Shown: in pieces, positions 54,993-64,000 of the stretch
Layout of the letters: the number at the start of each line of letters is the position of its first letter
Position numbering within the stretch: position 1 is the stretch's first letter
Origin: an uncultured Planctomycetota bacterium
GTDB lineage: Bacteria > Planctomycetota > Planctomycetia > Gemmatales > Gemmataceae
Assembly (NCBI GenBank): GCA_963849325.1
Contig: CAWKHF010000009.1
Coordinates: 256,001-320,000 of the forward strand
Length of the DNA: 64,000 bases
Direction: 5' to 3'
Translations under genes and position numbers: made by a program
The notes under the pieces: generated by a model
What the model saw: only the letters and a program-made list of their open reading frames with translations
Told to the model about the DNA's origin: nothing
Databases searched by the model: none

Positions 54993-57900
54993 CTAAGACT
55001 TCTTCAACTCGGCCAACCGTTTGCGTGCGGCCTCGGCGCAATCGCTCTCGGGATGATCGCGGAGGACGCGCTCCAGCAGCTTGATGGCCTGGTCCGGCTG
55101 CTTGTTCTCGGCGAAGGCGCGGGCGGCTTCGACCAGGGCCAGCGCACTGAGATGAGGGTAATCGTAGGTGAAGGGCACCACCAGCAAGGCGTTGCCGGCC
55201 TCGGCGTAGCGCTTCTGGGCCAGCCGGCACAGACCGATATTCAGCTGCGCTCGCGCCGCTAACTCGGTCGCCACGTTGTTGACGACCTGCTTGTAGGCGT
55301 TCACCGCGTTATCGTACTGGCCCTGGTTCTGGTAGGCCCAGCCGATGCCGTAGCGGGCATCGTGGGTCCAACGACCGTTGCCGAAACGATGGACCACCTG
55401 TTCGTAGGCGTGCCGGCTAGCGTCCCACTGTTTGAGCTGGCCCAAAGCGTAGCCCAGGCGCAGCAGTGCCCGATCCGTGAGGCCGGGGAGGTTCTGCAAC
55501 GGACCCTGATCGCGGAAGGCGGTGAACTGTTTGACGGCCTTGTCGGCTGCGCCCAGTTGCAGATAGCACTCGCCGGCACGGTACTTCGCCTGGGCGGCCA
55601 TGGCGCTTTTGGCGTTGGCGGCGATCGGCTCGAACTGGGCGAGGGCGGCCTTGGCGTCGCCCTTTCGCAGCAGACAATCGCCCAGGCGAACGCGAATCTT
55701 GTCGGTCAACTCGGGCGACGGCTCCTTGTCCAGTGCGTCGCGCAGCAGCTTCACGGCCGCGTCGTGCTCGCCGCGCTCGCCGAGGAGTTCGGCCAACTCG
55801 AAACGAGCGTCGGCGTTGATGGCCGCGTCGGGGAAGGCCTCGATGAGCGCTTGATAGTGCTTCCGCGCCTGGCCCTCGGCGGGTTGCAGAGGCACCATCT
55901 GGAGCGGCACTTCCGGGGCGGCGACGTAGGACGGCTGCCGTCCCGGCGGCGTCTTCCGGGCCGCCTCGTCGCGCTGCTTCTGCCACAGGTCATGGCGTAT
56001 CTGGCGACGGGCCGCTTCGACTTCCTGCTCGGCGAGAACGCGACTGCCCCAGGCGGCTTCGTACAACAGGCGGGCCCGCGCCTCGGAGTCCGGCTGCTTC
56101 TGCCGCAACTGCTCGGCCTGGGCGAGGAAATACTGCACGGCGTCGCGCACGTCCTTTATGCCTTCGTCGAGCATCTTCTGGGCGGCCGTTTGCTCGGCCG
56201 GTCGGAGATTCGGCTGGCCGAGGCGCTTCCTCGCCTCGACGATTTTCTGTCGGCCGTCGTCCTTGAGACACTGACCGGCGCGCAAGGCGGCGTCGGCCGC
56301 CTCGGGAAGTCCGGCCGACTGCTTCACCACGAGGATCGAGAATGTCCCGGGCTTCGCGGCGTCTGCCCGCTTCGCGGAGGGCGACACCGTGATGGTATTG
56401 CAGCAGAGGCACCCAAACGGCGCGGGCGGGATCCTTGAGCAAGTTCTGTTCGTGCTGCTCTCGGCACTGCGCCAGAACCTTGACGGCCTCCTGCGGATTA
56501 TTCTGGCCGCGGAGCAGCGTGGCCAGATGCAGCAGGGCCATCGGCGCGATGCGGGTGTTTTTGAGAGGATCGTTGAGGAAACGCCGCAGTTCGTTGATTG
56601 CTCCGTTGACGTCCCGGGAGCGAGCGAGCACCTTGGCGCGCTCGAAGCGAGCCTGCGGCTGCAGCGCATCTTTCGGGAAGCGCTGCAAGATCTGCTCGTA
56701 AGCGGCGCGGGCGGCGGCGAGCGCCTTCGCCTGATCGGGCGGTTGCGCCAGCAAGCCGGCCAAACGCTGCTGGCAGTGACCGAGCTTGAACAGGGCGTCG
56801 GCGGTCTGCGGGCCGTTCGGCTGGCTGCCGGCGAAGCCCTCCAGCAGTTCGATGGCGGTCTTGAGCTGTTCTTCCAGCTTGCCGGCCGCGAGGGCGTCGT
56901 CGGCCTTCGCCGGCGCCTGGCGGATGAGGATGTCGGCGAGCTGATAGGAGACGAGGGCGAGATCGCCGTTGCGGTCGGCGGCGGGGATCGCTTCCAACTT
57001 CTCCTTCGCCTTGTCCAGATCGCCCTTGCGGTAATAGGCCATGCCCAGGCCATAACGGGCCAGGTTGGCCTGAGCGAACTCGGGATACTTTTCGACGACG
57101 ACCTGGTAGCGCTTGATCGTCTCGTCGCGCCAGCGTGCCGTCTCGCGGGTCCGGTCGGCGGGATTGGGCATCTTCTCGGCGGCGAGCGCCTGGAAATAGG
57201 CGTTCTCGGCGTGGCGGAACAGGACGGCCGGCAGTAGCACGCTCTTGGGATGGGCTTCGCGGAAGCGAGCGCACACCTTGTCGGATTCGTTGTAATCGCC
57301 GGCGAGGTGCTAGGCGGTCGCCAGGTGCTGCAACACTTCCTCTTCGCGCTGCGGCAGCAGTTTGTCGTTGAGGATCAGGTTGTAGGTGGCGGCCGACTCC
57401 TTGTGCTGGCGGGCCAGCTGTTGCGTGTCGGCCATCTCCAGCAGGATCTCGCCGCGGCGCGTCCGGGCGCCGGGATCGGTGTTGGTCAGCTGGCCGGCGC
57501 GCTCGGCGGCCTTGCGGAAAGTGTCCAGCGCGGTCTTCAGCGCCTGATCATACGCGGCGCGGTTGGCTGGATCGGCGGCGCCGGCCTGCGCCTTGGCGAT
57601 CCACAGCAAGGCCTGGTCGGCCAGGCGCGGCTCCTTCTCCGCCAACGGTTGCAGCGTCTTCTGCGCCTCGGCGAACTGCCGGAGCTGCACCTGACAGAAA
57701 CCGAGACGAAGCTTCGCCTCGGCGGCGAGCGGCGAAATGGGGAACTGCTGGACGAAAGCGTTCAACTGGGTCACCGCCTCGGCGAATTTGCCGTCCTCGT
57801 ACTGCATCACGCCCAGGAAGAACGTGGCGCGGGCGACGTGGTCGGGCAGCGGGCCGCGCACCAGCCGTTCGAGACGGGCCTTCTCTTGCGGGTCGTTCTT

Positions 57901-58822
57901 GAAACGCTCGGAGTGCTTGAGTTCCTCGGCGGCGGCCTGCTTGTGCTTGTTGTGATCGGCCAGGACGCCCTCGTATTGGCCGAGCGCTTCCTGCCGTTCG
58001 CCGACGGCGTGGTGGACGCGGGCCAGCAGGTAACGGGCATGAGTGCCGAATACCGGATCGGAAAAGGGGGTCAAAAGACTGAGCGACCGGCCGGCGGCGA
58101 GATTGTCCTTGAGCAGGAAGCAGGCGAAGCCGTGATAGTACAGCCCCAGGCCGCGATAGCGGCTCTTGCGGAGTTGGCCATCGCGCAAAAACGGGGCGGC
58201 GACGCTTTGCGCTTCCTTCGTCCGGTGCAAGCGCAACAACATCTCCGCCCGATCGCAGCGGCGCGGGCAGCCCACTCCAGTTCGATCGACGTCTCCTTCG
58301 GAGGCGGCTCGGTCTTCGGGATGCGCTCGGTGAACGCCGTCACGGCGGCGGCGAAATGTTTGCTCGCTTCCTCAAAACGTTGCTGTGCGGCGTTGCGGTG
58401 CTGGTTGGCTTCCGCCGGTCTGGCGGCGGCCTGCGCCAGGGCTTGCGTGCCGAGACCTCGTTGGGACAGGCCGAGGTAATACAGCACGAACGGATGTTCC
58501 GGCAGGTTCCGGTCACCGGCGAGGGGCTGGAGTTGTTGAATCGCCCCCTTGTAATCCTTGCCCGGCCCGTCGATCAGAGACAGGGCGAGTCCGTAACGAG
58601 CCGCGTTCGCCTCTTTGCGGTTGCCGAATTTGGACAGGAATTCGCGGAAGCGCTCGGCGGCGAAGGGATAGTTCTTCTCGTTGTAGGCGCGGCGGCGCTG
58701 CCCAGCAGCAGAGCGGCGGCCTGGTCCGGCGGCATCTGGGCGGCCAGCGGCGCCACTCCCGAAAGGACGGCAGCCACGGCCAACGCCGCGGCGGAGAAAG
58801 AACGTGTCGATCGACTATTCAT
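54993..58822 (-). CDS. Large secreted TPR-repeat protein (frameshifts near 58697, 58257, 57290, 56340)
   Basis: Signal peptide MNSRSTRSFSAAALAVAAVL; many TPR units (ARYGLGMAYY, ALFKLGHCQ, AKYRAGECY, ARYGIGWAY) in consecutive frames. Confidence 0.85.
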
Positions 58823-59516
58823 GGCGGGTTCCCCCCGAAGACCTTGCGGTCGTGTGGCATGAACAAGACGAGCGTCCGGCCCGGAGGAGGCGAAACACCA
58901 CCTCGGAAAGCCGCGAACGGGTGCGGTACTTTTCCGTCGAGCGCTCGATTCCCTTGGGCGAGGACGGCGTGGACAAGAAGCAGAACGTCAAATCCCGCGG
59001 ACGCCATGCGGGGAGCCGTCGGAGGTCATGAGTGGGGGTGTGACTTTCCCCAGGCTCCCGAAGGTCGGGTCGTTGGCGGCCGCGTCATGGCGGCCCGACC
59101 CGTTCACGGTACGGATCAAAGAGTGATCCTATCAACAGCGGTAGCACTCTTCGCATCTCCGCCCTATTGTGTATGGACGGTGGGGAGGTCGTCAACGAAA
59201 AAAGAAAATCATTCGGCGGACGGCAGGTGCCGGCGCAGGTGCTTGAGGCCGCGACGGAGCAGCCTTGGTCCATCAGCCGGTCTTCGGCGGAAGAATCGAC
59301 ATCCTCGACCTAACTCTTGACGGGCTGGGTAGGCAGGGTAATATGGATGCTTCCTTCCAGGAGCATCGATTATACGATAGATTGTCTCACAACTCGGTGG
59401 TTCGTTCCAGCCGGAACGGTGTCTGGAATCCCAGGAGACCCGGCGCGGGACTATGGGTCTGTGATCGAGGCACACAAAGGGGTCTGCCGCCAGCCCCGCA
59501 TCCGAAGAGGACAGCC

Positions 59517-60224
59517 ATGCCGATTGCCGTCGTTTGTCCCGCCTGCAAGGCCAAACTGAAAGCGCCCGATTCCTTGCTCGGCAAGACGGTCAAATGTCCC
59601 GGCTGCGCCAAGCCCGTGCTGGTGAAGGCTGCAACGCCAGCCCCCGCGCCGGCCGCCAAGAAGCCGGTGAAACAGCCGGTCAAGCCGCCTGAGCCGGATG
59701 TCCTCGACGATGAGCCGGTCGAGGAAGTCCCACCCGCCGAGGACGAGGTGGTAGCGCGACCCCGGAAAAAACCTCGGCGTGACGACGAAACTGACGGAGA
59801 AGAGGAAGCAGCCGGCGCTCCCCCGGGCGGGCCATCGACCGCCAAGGAGCGCGGCACGGCGATGTGGATTCACCTGCTGCCGCTTGTCCTCGGGTGCTGC
59901 GGCGGCATCGGCACCTTCATCTCCCTCTTTCTGTGGATTTCCAAACGGAAAGAGTCGCCGTTCATCGATCACCACGGCAAGACCTGGCTCAATTTCGTCA
60001 TCAACCTCTTTGTGGTGTTCTTCTTGCTCGCCCTTCTCTCCGGCGTACTGTCCTTCGTGGCGGGTTTGATCTCCTCGACGGTGGGAACAATCGTCAGTGG
60101 TTTGTTCGGCCTGATTATGTTCGCCCTGACCATTTATGTGCTGGTCATGTACGTCGTGCTCGGCCTGAAAGCGAAGAAGGGAGAATGGGCGGAGTATCGC
60201 GTTCTCTTCAAAGTGTTGAAATAA
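59517..60224 (+). CDS. Zn-ribbon plus DUF4870-like membrane protein
   Basis: MPIAVVCPACKAKLKAPDSLLGKTVKCPGC; acidic/Pro linker; AMWIHL...KRKESPFIDHHGK..LNF...AKKGEWAEY. Confidence 0.8.
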   Translation: MPIAVVCPACKAKLKAPDSLLGKTVKCPGCAKPVLVKAATPAPAPAAKKPVKQPVKPPEPDVLDDEPVEEVPPAEDEVVARPRKKPRRDDETDGEEEAAGAPPGGPSTAKERGTAMWIHLLPLVLGCCGGIGTFISLFLWISKRKESPFIDHHGKTWLNFVINLFVVFFLLALLSGVLSFVAGLISSTVGTIVSGLFGLIMFALTIYVLVMYVVLGLKAKKGEWAEYRVLFKVLK

Positions 60225-60292
60225 GGGTGATGCCGAGGATACGCCGCTTGCGGCTTCGCGCCCTGGCAACGCGGAACCCGCAAGCGACTGTC

Positions 60293-61530
60293 TCACTCCG
60301 TTTTGCCACGGCCTTCGAGCAAGCGATTGAGTCGTTCGTTCATTTCTTCCTCGGCGGCGGCGGACCAGGTGTAGTCGTGGTGCGGTTTGAAGCCGCCTTC
60401 ATTGGTGAACATTGCCGTCGGCGCCGGGCACAGCGACAGCACGCCCAGCGGCTGGCCGCGAATGCTCAGCTCGAAACCGGAGACCTGTTGCAGATCGGCG
60501 GCGTCGAGCGTTCCGGGAGCGACCATGGTGGGGCCGTCGGTGATAAGCACGTCTTGCTCCAGCAGTAACGGGGGGTTGACCGCCCCGGGAACCTGAGCGG
60601 TGATTTGTAAGCGGCACTGGCCGGCCATGCCGGGTTCGCCGCTGGAGACCAGAAAACAGGGGCCGACGCGCTTAGTCGTCTCCAGCGGCGGCACCTGGCG
60701 CGTCAGCCGCACGGCGTCGGGCGTGGCCTGGACGACGAAGCGCGTGTCGGAGATACGCAGCGAGCGCTGAAAGTGCCGTTGCGAGATGCCGCGCACGCGC
60801 TGACTGGCCAAAGGTCGATCGCCCAGCATCCAGGTCGCCACCCAGGTGCCGATGCGGCGCGGGTAGCGGCGCGGCACGACCGTGACCAGCGCTTGCCGGC
60901 CGCCCAGCTGCGAGCTGCACAAACTGGCCGGCACGCGCATCACCGAGCCGCCGCGCTCGCAGCGGAACTCCACCTGCAGTTCCAGATCGAGCATCGGCAC
61001 CAAGCTGGTGGGGCTGGTCAGCACCGCGCTGGCGAGCAGTCCTCGGCACTGGCTGGAGACGAACGTTTGACAGGCGACGGTCTGCGTCCCCAGGCGAACG
61101 CACAGAGTCGGCATCATCAAGCGCAGGTTTTGCAGAAAATCGTCTTTGCTCAGAAACGGCAACGTGAGCGACCCCAGCACCTTGTCGCGGCACAAAAGTT
61201 CCACGGTCACGGTTTCGCCGGGCGGCACGAGACGGAAGAAGACCGAGGAGCGCTCGTTGCCGTCCGTCCCGCTCATGCGTTCGGCCGGGACGAGGTCTTG
61301 GCCGGGCACGCGGAGTTGGAAGTCGGCCTTGCGGCGGTTCGTGCTGCGGGGGATGCGCACGGGGACTCGACGATCACCGCCTCCGCGTTCCACGGGATAG
61401 GCTGATCGTCCACCGTTCGTCCGGCTTTTTCGTAGCTGAAGCGCATGGCCTGCGTCTGGGGTCCGATGCGGTTCAGCGGCCAGAGTTCATGCATCGCCCA
61501 GTCGCGCCAGCGCTTGATCCAGGGCCACAT
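60293..61530 (-). CDS. Unknown ~410-aa protein of the ubiquitination-like operon, frameshift near 61365
   Basis: MWPWIKRWRDWAMHELWP...IPWNAEAVIVE joined to ORF 60293-61393; start overlaps the E1 3' end (alternative start 61494). Confidence 0.7.
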
Positions 61531-62305
61531 CGAGTTCCTCCACCGAGGAAGGAGTCGGGCGCGCCTGGCAGATCAAGCAGTCCGCCGCGCGCGGCACACG
61601 GAAACGGTAAGGTCGAAAGGCATCGTCGAACACGTCGGGCACGCGCTGCAACGTCAGCAACAGGCTGGTGAAGCCGGGCGCGTAATGGGCCGGATCGTCC
61701 AGCAGAGCGAGCGTCACCAGGGCGTGCAGCGAGGCGATGACCTGGATGGACGCCTTGCCGGCGGGGATCGTCGTCTCGTGGACGGGACCGCCGGGTTGAG
61801 AATAATCCGGCGTTGGCGACTTGTCCACGGTGACGGAGCGCTGCAAATGGCTGGCGACGCAGCCGTAGCATGGCCCGCCGGGCACGAACCAGTGTACGAA
61901 GCCACCGACCCCGCCGCTGAGCACTTCCCCGAGCGTCCACGGTTTGCCGTGACGGCGCATCAGCGCGTCCCAGTGATACTTGGCCGGCTCGTTGTCCGCC
62001 GCGCACACGCCGATGTCGGCCGTGGCGACAGCGGTCTCGATGGCCGCTTGCTGGACCGGGTCGCACAGATCGCAGGGCAGCAGATCAACCGCCAAGTCGG
62101 GACGTCTCTCGACCAGCCAGTTGCGAGCGAGGATCGCTTTGCGTTCGCCCACGGCGGACAGCGGAAACAGGTGGCGTTCGACGTTGTGGGGCTTGTACGT
62201 GTCCGGCTCGATGAGCGTGACGCGCCGGATGCGGGCATCGCGGCACACCATGTCGAGCACCGGCATCCCTCCGCTGCCCGCGCCGACCTGGATGAGATGG
62301 GCCAT
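61487..62305 (-). CDS. ThiF/MoeB/E1-like adenylyltransferase
   Basis: GAGSGG; LIEPDTYKPHNVERH; GERKA; AADN; Zn motifs CYGC and CLIC; GAGGAG RBS. Confidence 0.9.
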   Translation of the reverse strand: MAHLIQVGAGSGGMPVLDMVCRDARIRRVTLIEPDTYKPHNVERHLFPLSAVGERKAILARNWLVERRPDLAVDLLPCDLCDPVQQAAIETAVATADIGVCAADNEPAKYHWDALMRRHGKPWTLGEVLSGGVGGFVHWFVPGGPCYGCVASHLQRSVTVDKSPTPDYSQPGGPVHETTIPAGKASIQVIASLHALVTLALLDDPAHYAPGFTSLLLTLQRVPDVFDDAFRPYRFRVPRAADCLICQARPTPSSVEELDVALDQALARLGDA

Positions 62306-62363
62306 CCGAATCTCCTCATTCACCACAAAGATGGCCGCGCTCCGCTGCGCGTCGCGGCTAACC

Positions 62364-62789
62364 TTATTTCGCTTCCGGCAGTGGCCATTCCCCGGTTTCG
62401 TGCCACACTTCGTAGCAGGCCAGCCAGCGCCAGGCGGCTTGAATGGCGAAGATGCACGTGAAGCGTGCCGGATCCCACCGGCTGGTCGCTCGGGTGCTGC
62501 CCTGTCGCCACAGGCACAGGGTCTGGCCTTCGAGCAAGTGCGGACAATGCTTCAGCGCCGTCAGAACCCGTGTCTCCGGCGGGACGGTTGGATAACTGGA
62601 GACCAAGCGCGTTTCCAACTGGTAAAGGTTGTGACACGGTTTGAGGCAATAGCGCAACACCAGCGTGCCGCCCAGTCGGCTGAGACGGATCTGGAAGGCC
62701 GGCTCACGCCCTTCGTTGTAGCGCTCGATGACCGGAATCTCGACGCTGAGCAAGCGCCGCTTGCCGGCCTCGCTGTCGAGAAGGCTCAT
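62364..62789 (-). CDS. E2/UBC-like conjugating enzyme
   Basis: YPTVPPETRV...CPHLLEGQTLCLW...WDPA aligns by eye with the UBC YP..PP...HPN...G.ICL...WSP signature; ends WLACYEVWHETGEWP. Confidence 0.72.
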   Translation of the reverse strand: MSLLDSEAGKRRLLSVEIPVIERYNEGREPAFQIRLSRLGGTLVLRYCLKPCHNLYQLETRLVSSYPTVPPETRVLTALKHCPHLLEGQTLCLWRQGSTRATSRWDPARFTCIFAIQAAWRWLACYEVWHETGEWPLPEAK

Positions 62790-62806
62790 AAGCAAGGGAT
62801 GACGGG

Positions 62807-62852
62807 CGATTGATGATTGATGATTGCAGGGCCAATCATCAATCATCAATCG
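62807..62852. repeat. Inverted heptamer array (GATTGAT)n
   Basis: CGATTGATGATTGATGATTG-6 nt-CAATCATCAATCATCAATCG. Confidence 0.8.
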
Positions 62853-62861
62853 TCCATTCAT

Positions 62862-63044
62862 TTAATAGTGACACGGGACCGATTTGATGGCGGAAATCAC
62901 CTCTTCGTCGGTCACTTCGTCGGCGGTGCCGAGGAAGCTGGTGTCGCGGCGGTCCATGAGGATGGCGCGATCACTTTCGGCGTTGCCCCGCAGGGCGTTA
63001 ATCAGCTGCCGCCGTTCGGTGTCGTTCAGGGGACGGAAGTCCAT
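62862..63044 (-). CDS. 60-aa protein ending ...KSVPCHY, candidate modifier or substrate of the E1/E2/JAB operon
   Basis: GAAGGAG RBS then MDFRPLNDTERRQLINALRGNAESDRAILMDRRDTSFLGTADEVTDEEVISAIKSVPCHY; GC-rich third codon positions. Confidence 0.75.
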   Translation of the reverse strand: MDFRPLNDTERRQLINALRGNAESDRAILMDRRDTSFLGTADEVTDEEVISAIKSVPCHY

Positions 63045-63071
63045 GGACAGTTCTCCTTCCAGTTCAACCCT

Positions 63072-63091
63072 CCCCTCCGCGAACGGAGGGG
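63072..63091 (-). promoter_or_regulatory. GC-rich hairpin in the leader of the 60-aa gene
   Basis: Minus strand CCCCTCCG-TTCG-CGGAGGGG, about 15 nt upstream of the RBS. Confidence 0.5.
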
Positions 63092-63133
63092 TTTTCGAGA
63101 TACGGCCGGTCCCGCGACCGACCATGCACACAC

Positions 63134-64000
63134 TCACGCTCGGGCCGCCAATTCCGCGAGCAACAGGTAAACGCCTCGGTCCACGCACTCCTCATGGTGC
63201 TGGACTTCGAGCAGTTCCCCGCGCCGGAGGAGATAGTAGCGCACCTCCTTGGGCCTCACCAACACCTGGACGGCATCGCCCGGTTCGGCGAGCGGCAACG
63301 TGAGGACCAATCCCGGACCCCACTTGTCGCACACGACCTCGAAGCGCATTCCCGACTGCTGGCGGAACAGACGATCGATGCGCTCGGCATGGAACTCCAA
63401 CGTCGTCCAGATGTCATGCAACGAACGTGCCAGATCCGGACCGATGGTCAGTTCCACGGGCAAGGGATGATAAGTGCCATCGCCCTGCCGCAGCGAGTAC
63501 CAGGAGAAGCGCAGGCCGCCCAGGCATTGCACGTGCGGGCGCGGCTGATAGGCGAACAATCCGCCGCTATGGTCCGCGCCGTCGGCGGTGCCGATGCCGA
63601 AGACACCCTCCTTGCCGCGCAGGTTGACGACCCATTGGCCGTCGCCGCGCAGGTCCCCATCGCTGGGGTGGCGCAGGAGCCCGGATGGGTATGCACCACG
63701 CCGAGAATGGTCAGCCGGCGATCCGTCTGCCGAATGATGCGGCTGGCCAGCGCCTGGGCATTGCTGTTGAAACGAACGTGGGCGACACTGGCGTCGCGTT
63801 TGGCGCCGGCCGGCAACGTGGCCAGGACCACCGCCTCGTGCGCCTCGCGCAGCCCGAGCAATACCCAGCCCGTCTCCTCCTCGCCGCGCGCCTCGGAGCG
63901 ATGGCCGGCAAACTCCTCGAACAGCGTGCGACCGACACCATCCGTCAGCAGCACGCGCTCCAGCGGCGCGTAGGTGATGAGGGCCGATGTTGGAGGAGCG
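63134..64000 (-). CDS. JAB/MPN (JAMM) metalloisopeptidase with a C-terminal extra domain; 5' end beyond window; frameshift near 63676
   Basis: EETGWVLLG; restoring one C gives HTHPGSLRHPSDGD (HxH-x7-S-x2-D) and continues into ORF 63134-63559. Confidence 0.88.
   Translation of the reverse strand, partial: RSSNIGPHHLRAAGARAADGWCRSHAVRGVCRPSLRGARRGGDGLGIARAARGARGGGPGHVAGRRQTRRQCRPRSFQQQCPGAGQPHHSADGSPADHSRRGAYPSGLLRHPSDGDLRGDGQWVVNLRGKEGVFGIGTADGADHSGGLFAYQPRPHVQCLGGLRFSWYSLRQGDGTYHPLPVELTIGPDLARSLHDIWTTLEFHAERIDRLFRQQSGMRFEVVCDKWGPGLVLTLPLAEPGDAVQVLVRPKEVRYYLLRRGELLEVQHHEECVDRGVYLLLAELAARA

Noticed and set aside
61487-62305. ThiF gene as ordinary thiamine/molybdopterin biosynthesis (thiF/moeB)
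   Set aside because: No thiS/moaD or other cofactor genes nearby and no rhodanese domain; its neighbours are E2-like and JAB genes.
60293-64000. Calling the locus a CBASS Cap2/Cap3 system
   Set aside because: E1 and E2 are separate genes and no CD-NTase or effector is visible, though the region beyond the window edge is unseen.

Overview
High-GC bacterial DNA whose gene content (DUF1501, DUF1549/DUF1553, long ECF sigma factor, WD40, VCBS/FG-GAP, PQQ-like and TPR proteins, many intergenic palindromic repeats) points to a planctomycete, probably Gemmataceae-like (inference). Many genes, including bamA, fabH and ilvD, are split by single-base indels. These look like uncorrected long-read errors, so split genes are reported as single CDSs with approximate shift positions. 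Main content in order: Fur regulator; tRNA-fMet; sulfotransferase; thiolase; two toxin-antitoxin modules, both with a broken toxin; a BlaI / BlaR1(M56)-WD40 / WD40 / DUF1549-1553 / DUF1501 / EF-hand cluster with a clear promoter and palindromic operator; a methylamine (N-methylglutamate) gmaS-mgsABC cluster linked to a monomeric SolA-type oxidase; bamA; a secreted Gly/Tyr low-complexity protein; a lone integron attC-like site between two cassette-like ORFs; ilvD; icd; and a TPR-VCBS-PQQ-YdjY envelope cluster. The best candidate for an undescribed system is at the right end (60293-64000, minus strand). It is a ubiquitination-like operon of a JAB/MPN isopeptidase, a 60-aa protein ending PCHY, an E2/UBC-like protein, a ThiF/E1-like enzyme with no crossover-loop cysteine and a ~410-aa unknown protein. 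No Gly-terminated ubiquitin-like gene is visible, but the operon runs off the window edge. All family calls come from motif recognition by eye; no database searches were run.
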